DNA from: Trichoplax sp. H2
Lineage: Eukaryota
NCBI GenBank assembly: GCA_003344405.1
Contig: NOWV01000111.1
Location: forward strand, 124,001-188,000
Direction: 5' to 3'
DNA: 64,000 nucleotides
Numbering within the stretch: position 1 is the first letter of the stretch; each line of letters opens with the position of its first letter. Both the position numbers and the translations under genes were made by a program. Positions 39,970-54,470 of the stretch are shown here, in pieces. Under the pieces are notes generated by a model, which saw only the letters and a program-made list of their open reading frames with translations, made no database searches and was not told the DNA's origin.

Positions 39970-42900
39970 ATGGAAGCGGAACTGGCCAATAAGGTAGATG
40001 AAATCAAATTGGTTGACAAGGAGTCGAAGAACTCCAAAGAGAACGATGGAGTTAGCAAGCCAAATGAAACTGTAACTCCAGAAGGCGAACAAGATGAAGG
40101 AAAACGTTTACCAAAGAAGGCAGCAGCCTCGGATAGCGAGAATTCTGGTAAAAATCCATGGCAAAAGCCGTCTCCAACAAATGAAGTTGGACGTAAGTTG
40201 ACAATGTCTTTGTGTAGGCTATTACATGATATCAAGTTTTATTGGATTCTGTGTGACCTCAGTTGAACAAGTAAATTCAGTCTGCATCAATGATGTTATA
40301 GAATCCATTTTGGCATCCTCATTCCTTTTATTTATAGTTTCTATCGATTAAGTCAGCGTACAGTAATGCATGATCTTCGATCACGTTAATAATACACATT
40401 TGCTATACTCTTTATCATTTCAAGGTACTGTATTTGATTTATTGCTCAGTGAACGTTAATGCAGTAGTCTACGCTGCGTATCTGTAGTCATTGAAAGTGC
40501 ATGGCTATTTCCCCGTAATCATTTGGTAATGAAATAGATAGCTTCAAAAATTCAATCTTCCAATTTCTACGATTGATTTTAGATACTGAAAAGCGTAGCT
40601 CAGCCAATACTACTCCAATAGCTAGTAATGGTCCTAGCGTTAAAGAGACTAGTCGGCAACAGAAACCGTCAAAGGTATGTAATTGCATCGGATTTCGATG
40701 AAGATTTGAATGCATTCTGTAGGTTGAGTACTGTATAGTGTGATACAGTAGTCGTGTACTCGATTGATTCATTTCATTCTTACATTCTGTCTCTTGTGTC
40801 CTTGATAACGGTGACATCTTTGGATTTAGTTCTATTATAGCACTAACTTTATTACCTAGTTGGATATGCTTTTTTTAGTTTGATTACCAGTGAAAGTGTT
40901 TTTAGCATTGATTTAGTACTATTTCTTACAATGATTATAAATACGGCAGAATGGATCATACGATTGTGGTATCTCGCGGGAGTATTCTTTCTGACAGTAC
41001 ACAGTAACTTATGTTATCATTTTGTTTTTAAACAGGCTAATTTAGTTGATGTAGAAAATTGGCCGACTCCAAGTGAAACAGCAGCAACCCAAGGTCCTAA
41101 TCAGGTTAGCTCGAGCGAATGATTGCTCTCTATTGGAGCGAATTTATTCATTATTGAGTCATGAAATGGCCATTTTTTTTTTACTGGTAACTATGTTTCA
41201 TCCTTTTTTCATTCATGCATAGTACAGTATACAGTATGTTACTATGCGCATACAAGATCGAGATCGTACGTAGTCTGTATAGGCATGAGACCACTCCTCT
41301 CTCTGTCATGCAAACAGTACTCATGTGGTCCGGTCCCCATCTACAGTACAGTACTGTAGATTACAGTCTCCCAAGCTACAGTACTACTAAAAAAGTGGGT
41401 TGATCATGTTGAATTGGATGCACCCTTGTACGGGTACCCTGATACACTAGTTCTGTATGGGAGCTAAAGGAGTCGACAACGCATGTCATTGCTCATTTGC
41501 ACCTTACAGTACATACAATTATTCTAGCGGGCATGGTACTGTAACTGCCACTGGACTAGCCAGCCGGTTTGGTACAGCATGTCTGAAAATTCCACGCGTG
41601 CTATGTTCCACACTTTCCATTGTACTGTATACCGTACAGGGCAGTCCCATTTTTTTCATACTAAAGGCAATCAATCCATGTAGGCTTGGGCAAACGCCTG
41701 TAAAGCAAAAAGTTCTCGTGGAAAAGGCACAAGACTTAATCAACTCGTACTAAAATGCCTAAATGATGCAGCGTTAATGCTACAGTGAATATTGTGGTAT
41801 CGTAGATGGAAAAGGAATAAATCCTTGACATTAACTTCCAGTATGGGACTGTCTGCTAGCCGGAACAGTTCGCTAACTCTTTGACGGACAACTTTGAACA
41901 ATAAGGAACTCGTAGAAATGGTTGTCACTCAAAGTAACGATAGAACCGATAAAAGTACGACATCGCTTATTCAGAAATACAACTTTTCTCTTGATACGCT
42001 ACTGTGTTTACATTGCCAGACGTTATATCGGATAGTGAAGGAGTGATGCAAAAAATAATGGCTTTCCACTAGTAGTTCTGTCGTTTTATTTGCTTACGCC
42101 CCCGTTGAAAGCACGTGATTAGAATAGAATACTGGAAGGCGAGAAGGGCATGGAAAATTGATGTTTGAGTCGAGTATGTTGTACTTCCTCGTTACCGACT
42201 CTTACGTATTCGATTCCCATTCCTATCACTTCCTGGTCTTGAGTCAATACAGTGATAAATCGATGTCGTTTCTCAACTTATCGTCTTATCATATGGAATA
42301 CATGGCATTGGTACATTTCTGTAATGGTTGCAACATCTCTTCCACTATTTGCCAACAGTTTGCGTTCTATGATCGCTTTCGTTTTTTATGAATTACGTAG
42401 TGGTATCGATGCCAAGGACAAAATTCATCGGATGTATTCATGTCATAATAACCTATCGGTTGACGTAATAATAACAATAATAATCAACTATAAAATTGTT
42501 AATCATGCAATAAGGTGTTGATCTTGGTCGGAGCTTGGCACCTTTCCGTTGAGATTGATATTGGATAATAATATAATTGAAAGATCATTTTTAACAGGAT
42601 CGATTTAGTTTTTACCTTATGACTTTAACCGAATGATTATAATTACCATCAGACGGGTTTGAAAGTAGCTTCTGAAAGTTTTCAATGTTAACCCCTGTAA
42701 AATCTTGTACGATATCTTGACTTGTCATGCTTTATCATCATTTTTCTGAAATAATGTATGATAGAATACACTTTACAGCGTATCTAAAGTCTCGTGGAAA
42801 TTTTGCAAGACTAATGAAAAATTATTCATTTCGTAATATCCAGATACCAAATAATATTCCTGCTAATGCTGGAGATAACGCAACTGCATCCGTTAAAATT

Positions 42901-45900
42901 ACAAAAGATCAACAAGAAGAAAACCCAATACAAGCATCACCAACAGCTGAAGAAAGCAGCCAGAAAGTTGGGAAAAAGAAGAGTAAGTGTATAGTTCTTA
43001 AGCATTAAATGCCTACCTTGTGGGATTGATGTTGTTCATTGGATGACCATTTCTATTGATAATATTGCCCATTTCTTACAACAGATATAATATTCTAAAG
43101 TAGTACTTACGGTAGACATGTAAATCTTAGATTAATGACTATTTTTTAGCCACTAGATGCATTAGTCAAATATTCATCAATTACAGTTGTAGTAATTGTT
43201 GCGTTAACTGTATTGTTTGATACCCCATCAGCCAAAAAGTGGGTCCCTCTGGAGATTGATCCTGTACTCCATCATCAGAGAACAAATGAACATGATGACA
43301 GACAGTTTGGAAGTCATCCAAGAGGCCATGGCAGACATTCAAATCATGGTGTATCTGGTCATGGTGGTAATCACCATCATAGGAATAGTAATAATCGTAA
43401 TAGGGGAACTCGAGCCCGTGGAAATAATAAAAATAGAAATCGTGGTGGCAATAATAGAGGTGAGTATTAATTAAATGTGTAAATTGACTCACTATCGGCT
43501 TTCGATTTCATAATATGTAAATGAACACTTTTTTATCATTAGCTGAAAATAATCATCAAGGATATCCAAGGCAACATCAGCCTCCTTACATGTATCCCAC
43601 AGTCAATAATATGATGCCTCAACCGCAAACTATGGCGGCTACTGCAGCAGCTATGGGAACAATTTATCCTAATTATAACATTTATCAGCAAACGTTTTAT
43701 AATCAACAAGCTGCTCTTTATAATCCATCTCTATATCAACCTGTAATACAATCGGATCAAATGGCTTTAAAGGATGCTATTCGAAAACAAATGTAAGATC
43801 CCATTGGTCATTTTATTAATAATACAATGTAGCATGAATTTATATAGTACTATCTTTGTGGTATATAGAATTTAGTAAATTTTGGTAGGTTATTTGGTAA
43901 AGTACAGGGGTGTGATGAAGACATTATTATTAGTGTGTAATAGAATACTAGTAGTATTGCCGCCATATGTAGATATTTAATTGAAATTAAAAAAGCATGG
44001 ATTAAATTATTATTCTTATTACCTAATGGTATCACTTGAATGCGTAACACTTCATAAAGATATTTATAACGTTAGTTTTGGTATACTGATATATTCGATT
44101 TTATAGTAAGTTCGTAATAATTATAATTATCTAGATCTCCATTTGACTTGTTTTTATTTCATTTGTAGTGAATACTACTTTAGCCAAGAAAATCTTTTAA
44201 AAGATTTTTACTTGCGCCGTCAAATGAATGCAGATGGTTTCATCCCTGCAAAAACAATTGCTGTATTTTACAGAATGCAAAAATTAACGAAAGATGTCAA
44301 CGCTATTGTCAATGTAAGGATATGAATATAATGCGTACTTAACGTTTGTTCTGTTGACTCGGCAAATATTTTTTTTAACTTTACTTGATTTATAATCAAT
44401 TAATTTCATACTATTTACAGTAATACAGTAGTGTATAGTGTATTCACAGCGATTTTACTGTAGATAATCTCAATCTTATCTCTGCTACCTTTTCATTTTG
44501 CTTAGGCCGTAAGTGACAGCGAAGTCGTGGAAGTAATAGGTGATCAACTACGGTGTCGAGTTGACCCGAAAAAGTGGCCAATGCAACCGGAAGGTGCGAT
44601 ACCGGAAGCTAATCGGCCGTTATGGGAAAATACTACTCCTCGTCAAGAACAAGTGCAAGGTATTGCACAGTAATATAACCCTGCGAAAAAATAAGAAAAA
44701 CGTCGATTTGTCATACTGAACTTTCGTCGCCATTATATTGATACTAATTCGCAAGAACGAGTATAAAATCTCTTGAAAGTATTATCATAAAAATTATGAA
44801 TAATTTACAATGATACGACGCAAACAAATTGAGTAGTTTGAAGTGTAAACGCCGTGGTACTGTATATAGTCTTGAATTTACACGGGAATCAAGTGAAATT
44901 ATAAAGAATCTTTTATTTTGAAAAGAAGTTCAGTAATTAGCCGTACTTAAATTTGTTGGTACTATCGATCAAGAAATCGATAGCTTCACAAGATAATACC
45001 TTTGCGATAGGTTAAACTGACCGACTTTAGAAGAAACATTTATTTTAAAATATATGGTACCAAACGCCATTGACCAATGCAATGATTGAATAAGATACAG
45101 TACAACACTTGACTTCAACCTAAAGAAATAAATTGTCAAGTGCCATAGTATTTTTTATGATATAATCTGTTGTATGCCATATAACGTGTTTGCCTTTTTG
45201 TTTGTAATTTATATATACTTCACAAAAAAATATATGTAATGAATGAGTTATCACATCAATGTGTATCGGTAGTTTTACCGTTTTCAACAGTAACTCTATT
45301 ACGTTATGGTAAGCGTTGATACTTTGTCATTGTTGGATAATTCATGGAATGACTTAAATGTCTACCAGTTTGGCGTGCATTGTCAAAGTTTGCGTTTTAG
45401 CAAAAATTTACCAACGTCTAATCTTTAGTAATACCTACGCTGTTGATAATAAGGCTGACAAATAGACGTCATGTAATTAAAGTAGCTTGCTAGTTTTGTT
45501 CTTTAACTCGTGCAAGTGGGTATTTGCACGGTAATATCCAACATTGTATATTACTAAGTTCCTACAGGCATCCCTAACTAGTAAGTAGCCAATACTTATT
45601 ATTATTATAATTATATTCCGTATTTTAGCAAAGCTCATCCCAATAAGTTTCGCTAATCTTTAAATGTGTAGTTAATATGTCAGTGCTTAATCTAAGTTGT
45701 ATGCTGCTGACATTAGTAGAAAATTAACTGTGATCATAATGAAGAACTAATACGGTATAGTGCTGTAATACAGTACTTCTTTTGCTACTAAATATTAAAA
45801 CAAATTGGTGTACTAATACTTATCTGCTAAGCCCATTTAATCAGAAAGATGTTTTAAGTTTACTATGATATCGTGCAGTATATCCGTTGATCGATTTTTC

Positions 45901-46189
45901 ATTTTTAAGTTAAGGGTATCAACCTTACTAAATAATTATTAATAACTGATCATGAAATGTATCATGTATATTATCACAGCGCAGTAATGATGTCAATTTG
46001 CTACTATTGTAACCTTAAAATATAGCTCACAGTTACGAGTAGATTGATTTAGTTATGGTATTGTTTTTGCTTATTTTGTTACTACGGTAGTTGATAACGA
46101 TTTAGTTAAGCGATGATTTATTACAAGGTAGATTGTTAGTGGTTCACACTTGTTGTTGCTCCTGTATACAAACATAAAATATATCATAC

Positions 46190-46220
<31 letters not shown>

Positions 46221-49200
46221 TACGAGTAATCTGCATACATTTAGCATGACCACTCATCAATTAAAAGCTTTTGCTTCTTAACCATCAGTTGCTTGTTTTA
46301 TCTTTGTGGTTATTCTGTATCTTGTTGTATTTGCATGTCATTATTACTAGATGCTTAGTTTACGCTGGTTAAGTATATTATTAAAATGATAAGTCCCGGA
46401 ACTAGTTCAGGATAGAAGATGATTAACAGTTACTATTTAAATTCATTACAGAGGAGAGTCAGTCTAATGTTACGAGAAAATCAAAGGGTGAAAGTGGAGC
46501 TAATTTTGAAGGTCAGATTACTCTTCTGGAGCTAATCTAAGCAATTGTATTAATACTTTAATACGTCTGCTTTGTCTTCTTTCGATACTATACAATTTTT
46601 AATTAGGCTAAGTACGATACTGTAGTTTTAATAAGGGTAATGTACAGTGTACATATACACGCATAGATGTGTATTTGCAGCTTACCATTTATTTATTCCA
46701 ATGTATAGATAGATATACGAGATACATAGCTAAATTATTTGTTATTAAGTTAGAAACCTTTTGGCGAAAAAAATCAGACAGTGATATCTGCTAAAGTATG
46801 ATTGAGCGATTTATACGTACTTAATTTCAGGTAGTAGTATGCCTCAGATCGCTCAAACGAATCCGCCATTACCTGAAGCGGAGAAAAATCAGAAAGGTAG
46901 AACCGAATTTTATCTGTAGCTACAACAATGTGTTAATTATATGGTGACTTGCTATCAATCCTAAGTACTATGGTCTGTCAAGGAATCTAACTTGCTAAAT
47001 GAAATCTAGAGGCCAACCTTCAAATACTTTAGTATATCAGTACGAAGCAGTTAAAAAAACAATAGATTATAGCATGATTTCAAATTTGATTCAAAGCAAT
47101 TTAGTAAGGTTGCATTGATATTTAACCAAATGGGATTATATGGCATGAGTATCCAGATAAAATTTTATAATTAAATTTTCCCATATTGGATTTGAGCCTT
47201 TAGTGATCATAAATATTTCAAAATTTTTTCTTGTATTTACGATTCTTCCAATTTCTTTGTAGACCCTGACCTTACTGCCGATAATGAATCGGAAAAGGCT
47301 GATACTTTTAAAACTGTGAAAGGTAATTATAGTCTTCGTTGTTTATGTTATAGGCCCTAATTAACAATATACACTTGTAGCTTTTCTAATAAAACAGTGC
47401 GGCTACTTGCTTATGAAGTCAGCGTAGTATGACCTGTTGCATCAATATGCTTTTTGATAAATTTATCAACATTTGATGATTGTTGGTAACTCTTTCATTG
47501 AATACGTTATATCTGCTAGACACTCATGAAGAAAAAACGAAAACAACTAGAACGCAAGGTATGACAAGCAAGCTACGTATATGAGTAATACAATTGCTAC
47601 CAGCAAAGTTTCACTGTCTTTCCGTCTGATACATGTATAAATATAACATGTGGCTTGTTAATTAGTTATTCAATGGCACAGTATGTAACCGTATTGGCTA
47701 TTATTAGTTATTCGTTTGCACGTTATATTATACCCGTTATGTATCTAAAATCTAACAGAGGAGAGTGTATTTACTACAGCTTCCGTACAGAAATCAAATT
47801 ATGGTAATTAAACCACTTTGTCTAAGTTTTACTGATGGGACTATTTCATATTATTTTACCAAATTTATAATAAGTTTGATTGGTATATTCTCGTTAATCC
47901 TATTCTATACTGCGACGCCACTTTGATTGTATCTGATTTTAAAATTTGTTTACAAGTACACTTGTATAAATGTAATTAGTCATAATAATGTTAAACATTT
48001 CCCATGGTATGCGTCAAAGTCGACAGGAATAAAATTTTAATTCATTGCTGTCTATCGATATTATTCTGTAATATTCTATAGGAAGGTCAGTGCATACAGA
48101 AAAATGGCAAGAAGTAAGAAGAAAAAAGTGGCAAAATACGAAGCCAAGCAAGGTTTTTGATCATGTCCTATTGATAATACTGTACTTAGTAGGAGTCTTT
48201 ATAATTTTCAATTCCTTGCAAGAATTAAAATTTATGTATATTTATAATAAAGAAATATGGTGAAAAATTCACAAGTCAAACCTATCAAGGTAGCAACTAT
48301 GATAGAGAATTAGAATTTGACTTGGAAGAGGAGCTACAGTTTGGAGGGAGAAAGAAAACATTTTCTGAGTGGTACTATCTGCTTATGCTTTTTTTCATTG
48401 TATCTTGCTATCGTGGTATATTTAAAGTGCTGTATTGTAATATTTATTTGTTCAATTAAATCCAATGAACTGCACAATCTTCCTTATAGGTCTGACGACT
48501 CAGATGAAGAATTTGATGATGGTGATGTGCAGAAAATCATAATAATTACGCAGACGCCATATATAAGTAAGAAGCACCCTAGCGGTGATCGAACTGGTGT
48601 CTTTACTTCTAGAAATAAAATGACGGAACAGCATGCTGAAATTATCAATGAAGGGTTATATTATTACGAACAAGTTAGTAGCTATTCTTTTCTGCTTTCA
48701 ATGTTCCTTTCGTTTCCTTAAGGTGCAAATCTTCATTTACAACGTCTAATAATTGCCCTTTGAAATTCAATTAGGACTTGCAGATAGGTGCAGGTTACAA
48801 GGTACTTTTAACATCAGTTTATCAGAGTTGATTACGGAACTGCTAGTATGTATGCATTTACTATATGTTTTTATGGCTAATTGCTCCTATGTCTAATTTA
48901 GAATGAAGTTTCAAGCTGCTTCAAAAAAGTAGATGTAATTTCATCTAAAGAATTTGAAAGTCAATTACATAATAGTGATTCCTATCGAAAACCCAACGTC
49001 CAGGAAGATTTTCCTTCGTTTTATGTTGATAAAGATCAGGATAGCAAAGATAGCAGCAAAAGTGAAGGTAAAAGTCAAGAGAAGAGACAACGAGCAGCTT
49101 CCAAAGGTAATAAAAAGACCGATGCTATAGTCATCGGTAAAGGTGCAAGTGGAGACAAACAGAGAACGAATAAGTCATACGATAAAGTAGAGGCAAGGTT

Positions 49201-50718
49201 TTACCCGTTACCGAATAAATCGCAATCGATGGCGAAGAAGGTAGTAAATGATAAGTTTTGCTGTAATAATAATATTTTCATTACTCAACTCGTAATCGTT
49301 AAAGTAGCTGCTAAATATATACCAACAATATCGATAGGCAACAAACAAACAGAAAACGAAATACAGTCGCAATCCTCCAGTTGAAAGCCATGTTGGCTGG
49401 GTGATGGGAGCTGAATCCTATGGTTCTAAAAGTTCAGAGTAAATATTAAATATTCATAACAACATTTTCCGTACTATATAATTATTTCCCGTAATACAAT
49501 TATTTATTTAAATTTTACCAATCGTAAATGTATTCTCGCTAGAATGAGCGATGCCACAAACGAACTAGTAGCTGGTGAGAGTAGTTATTCAAGCTCATAT
49601 GGTACACCACGATCAATTCCTAAATTTCAGCATCCTTCACACGAAATGCTTAAAGATAGCGGCTTTACTAAGTTAGCTTATTCAAAGTTTAGAGTGAAGT
49701 GTCTTAAAGGTAAGTAGTATATTCATATTGACATTTGCAATTGCATATTCCATGCAAGGAAATCTTGGCAGCTCAGCATAACTTTTTATCATTCGTATTC
49801 GTGCGTTCATTATAAACTAAACAGAGCGACAGAAACTCGGAATTGGTCAGTCTCAGGAAATGAATACGCTATTCAGATTTTGGTCTTTCTTTTTGCGATC
49901 ACATTTCAATAGGTTTATTACCACACTATTAATAATCCTTCTATTAAACCTATCCCAGTATTGTGAAATTAAATAAAATCGTAACCTAATTATTCCCCTA
50001 GAAATATGTACGAAGAATTCAAACAGTATGCAGTCGAGGACAGCAAAGCTAGTTATAGGTATTTAAATTACCTCTAAATACTATTTTATTTACGAGAATA
50101 TCGATCTAAATCGAAATTTTGGTTTTGGTTAACATTTGGATATCTGAATTTATAACCCGATTTAATTGTTGCTTTTATTTCATTCGAATAGATATGGCAT
50201 CGAATGTCTTTTCCGATTTTACAGCTATGGCCTTGAAAAGAAATTTCGTAGCGATCTTATGCAAGATTTTCAAAAAGAAACACTTCAAGATTATAATTCT
50301 GGTACTATAATAACAATAATATAGTCAATTTCTATGCAAAATTACCGAAATATAATTAGTTTATAATGATGATTTAATTATTTTCCACATGTGTGTGTAT
50401 TTCGGGTCTGTAGGCAATCTCTATGGTTTAGAAAAGTATTGGGCATTCCGTAAATACTATAAGGTAAGTGTAGTTGTTTTACACCTAGGTATGCAATTTT
50501 CGAGTACTTTATCCTTTTATGAACATTTTACGTAAATCATAGGGAAGTCGAAAGTATCATACAATGCCTGAGCTAGAGGTTGCTTTGTCAAAATATAAAG
50601 CGTTGGAAGATTTTCGAACGGTCAGTTGCATGATGATATATTATAGTGCACTATATAATTTGAAAGCTTTATCGATACGTTTTTCTGCCCTTAGGCTGTT
50701 GCACCTCAACAGGAGTAA
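39970..50718 (+). CDS. LARP1: La-related protein 1 (La motif plus DM15), multi-exon
   Basis: Motifs [22 protein letters not shown] and an RG-rich segment. La motif [40 protein letters not shown] (43780-44313). [43 protein letters not shown]15 region [72 protein letters not shown]. Last exon 50695-50718 ends in TAA. Confidence 0.95.
46187..46218. repeat. (TA)n microsatellite in a LARP1 intron
   Basis: Run 'tacatatataaatatatatatatatatatatat'. Confidence 0.85.
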
Positions 50719-52547
50719 TGCCAGAATTAGGATAATACAAAGTTATCTTTACTTGTATAAAGATATCTGCAGTAGTAATAAGTTCTAAGTACAAATTTCA
50801 ACGCAAATATGTGACAAATTTTATTTAGTGTTAATTTAATTGGACAGATTTATATTTGCTTAATGATTGCTTGTAAACTTTTTGTTCGTGACATTATTAA
50901 TTATAATAAGACCACTATTACCCTGATTTTTTGTATATGCCGCGCAAAGACGGCGATAATTCTATTCATATCTGATATCAAACATTATTAAAATTTATTG
51001 CTAACTGCTGGGCGAGATCCCTTTATAAAATTTTCTCTTAGTAATCATGATGGTAACACAAGATCAAAAATGAAAGCAAAGCATATATGATCTTTTATTT
51101 GAAATACTTGGCACCAGTGCAATCTTGTTTAAACGCAAAATTTTTATTTCGCAATACAGACAGATATTGAATACTAGATTATTATGTATAGAATGGTCTA
51201 ATATTTACTTATTGATTTGATAATTAACTTTTATAATTTGAAATCAATAATTAATCAGCTACTCATGATCTTTGTAAGTAATCTTGTTTAGAATACCTGC
51301 ATATATTACTTCAGATCTGTAGATTATTACATTTATATTAATATCAGAGGTTTCAAGGTATTTCTATATAAATTTCTCACCACATAGGATATTTACTGTG
51401 TGCTAGTCAGCAATTGGGGAGTATTCGTATTTACTACCAAAAAAAGATGCGTGGTATCTATTAATAAATTGCGTATTACCTCCCTGCCTATATTAATGCA
51501 AATTAAAGTCTAATAAAAGGATCGAAAAGTTGCTTTCCTATGATCTACTTGATATTTCTGCTGGTGACCATAAAATCTATTATTACTGATTTAAGTCTTG
51601 CTGTTACAAAGTAATCACAACCAGATAATATCATTACACTGGTGGTGTTAGCTTATGACTTAAGAAGCGTTTAGTAATCGCCGTTGTAAACTGAAATTTT
51701 ATTAAAATGCAACCGCAGGATACAAGTATCCGTGAACGCTACGTTACTGAACTTGAAAAATCATCACGAGAAGAACTTTAATTTATTAGTAATAACTAAC
51801 AGATTGTTACACCTTATCCATGCTTTAAGATACAGGTACTTTTTAGATAGAACTAGAAATTCCAATCAGCTTAAATTGTCCAGGTATCTTTTAGGCAAAT
51901 TACAAGACCGATTATAAATGATACTATCGTTAGTTAACAAGGCAGAGATGGCATTGCTTCTCCATCTTAGGTATATTACATTTGGATTAATTGTAGTGGG
52001 TAGGAGGTAATGACTAGATATTATTTACGACGTTAGATGCCGCAAAAGTAAAGGAATGGTAAGTAAATGCCTAATGTCATTATATGATATAATACTACTC
52101 TTTCAAGGGGAACAAACATCCACAGGAATCTAACGATCGATAGGCGAAATCTGTATATGTTTAATTTATAAATATTTCATATTCAAATGCAGAATGTCAC
52201 CACAAAGGATTGTAGACAAAACAGTAGTAGTGGAAAATTTAAAAACGTGAACTTGTAAATATTATAAAAATTAAAATCTTGATTGGCTAGCATTAGTACG
52301 TGCTATAAGCGTAAAATTAAGTGGTATACAGTAAAATAGTAGGAGTAATTTATTGATTTACAATTAAAAATGAGAAGCATTATTCCGTAAAATTTACCAA
52401 TCGTAATATTCTTCCTCTACAATAAGTATGAATTCAATATCGTGTAAGCGTTAATTCTATAATAAATGTTAAAAGAGTACATTACAAATCATTTACGAAT
52501 AGACAGATTAGATACTACTTTAAAGGTTCTTCGGATTAGTTTATTTG

Positions 52548-54470
52548 CTATGAATTTATCAGACATCTGGTATCGTCTTCAATATCAAGGGATTCATCAG
52601 CAGTAGAATCGACTAAAGCAATCTGCGCCATTGCAGCAATGGCTTCTAAAAATGGAATAGTAAATAGAAAGAATTAAAAAATGATTTCTTCGCTATGAAT
52701 TATACACCATTTCACGAATAAATAAATAAAATTAAAACGAAATTAAAAAAAATATCTTACCTTCTTTTCTGGATTCATTGGTAGTTTCTATATTACTACT
52801 CTCCATATTAGTAGATTTACTCCCAATAACGATAGGAAAATCGACGTGTAGATCCTTAGAGAATGGAATAATAGCAGCTACCTAAAAGATTCATAAATAA
52901 TAATTTATTAAATCTTGTAGCAAAAGATTAAGCTTCTTTATTGATATCAGTTCTCTACCTGAAATATATAGGTTACATTAACATTTAATGCAAGTGATTG
53001 ACTAGTAGGAGGAGTACTCGGAATAGGAATAGTCTGATTACTGCTTTCATAAGTCTGACAGGGAGAAATTTCATTTTTTGTATATAACTCCTGTATAATT
53101 GTGCGTATAGTCTTGGTATGACCTATCAATTCAAAAATATAGAATTTATTTCTAGCTGGTGGCTTTTATAAATTTGCTAAGATATCAGCAATCAATTTTA
53201 GATTAAACTGAAAGTTTTACCTTCTGCTGCTGCAGCCAGACAGCCGATAAATCTTACTCTGAGATATGGAATGGTTCGATTGGACAAATTTTGGCATTTA
53301 ATATCTAGTGAAATAGACTCCCCTGGGCGATAACCGCTCCGATCAATACTTGCATTTAGCTTAACGAGTCCAGGTCGAAAGCAGAAACAGCAGAATGATA
53401 TATCATTTTGAAGTGGAGATGGTGATTGCTTATTAAGTAAAAAGAATTATAAACGTTAATTTTGGGATGATTTAGCGAGACTGTGTTTAACATTTCCGAT
53501 ATCGTTATAGGCACTGTTGATGATATCATCCATAGGTATAATATATTTCCTTTTCGTGATTGAATTAAATATCAATATACACGCAAGAGTCAGAAATATT
53601 AAAACATACGTATACAGTGTATAACATATGTGGATCACACAGTAGGATATAATGTGATGTCGGAGTTGCCTATTCATCTTCTATGGATACTTACTAGTAA
53701 TGTTGGGCCAATATCAACCTGCTGGGTAACCTGAAAAGCCAATTCCTGCTGATGATCATCATTGGGAGGATTTTCTAAAATTGCAACCATATTATAGCGG
53801 ATATAGCAATCTTTACCACCTTCAAGTGAACTTGGAAGTGCAATATCGGTTGGTAATTGATAGCTAAACTTGAATTCATTTGAGCCTTCTGGTAGTGTTA
53901 AATTACTGATTCGAGGTTGGCTATCTTCTATGCAGGAGAACAGAAATAAATATTATATTCGATAGGCGCAATAATAACGAATATTTATAATCAGACCCGC
54001 AGGGATACTAGCTTTAAACGAAGTAAATTCATGTTATTCTTAATAGACTCATTAAATATAGCTATATAGTAACTTGAGAATTCTCTTGTATAAAATTTGC
54101 AAAGTATTTTAAAATATTACTATTTAGTTCCTAATTTTTCTATCGAACGCTGTAAAATTAACTTATTGATGAAATTACATCTCTGCATTCCTTTCTTAAT
54201 AGTAGTAATACCTTCACCCCAAACGGAAATTGTCGTATCTAAGTAGACTTGCACTTCTTTATAGATATAGGGCTTGCTTCTAACTGATATTCGAGATTGA
54301 ACACCATCTGAAACTTGAGTACATGCAGTTCCGCGAAAACGAAGACGAATAGCTCTAACATTCATCGTATTTCTCAATTGAACTCTAATAGAACCTTCTA
54401 TTACTTCACCAGGTGAATATTCTGCATGTTCTTTATCAAGAATAATTTGCAATTCGATATCTTGAGTCAT
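52548..54470 (-). CDS. Alpha-arrestin (arrestin domain-containing protein, ARRDC-like), 6 exons
   Basis: Arrestin_N: YSPGEVIEGSIRV..VRAIRLRFRGTA; LPEGSNEFKFSYQLP..LPSSLEG..YIRY. Arrestin_C: FCCFCFRPGLVKLNASIDRSGYRPGESI..NLSNRTI; IPIPSTPPT..VNVTYIFQV..DLHVDFPIVIGS. Stop TAG at 52548-52550. Confidence 0.9.

Noticed and set aside
43181-43492. Overlapping antisense and alternative-frame ORFs (His/Tyr-rich; hydrophobic)
   Set aside because: Shadows of the low-complexity RG/His/Asn-rich LARP1 exon.
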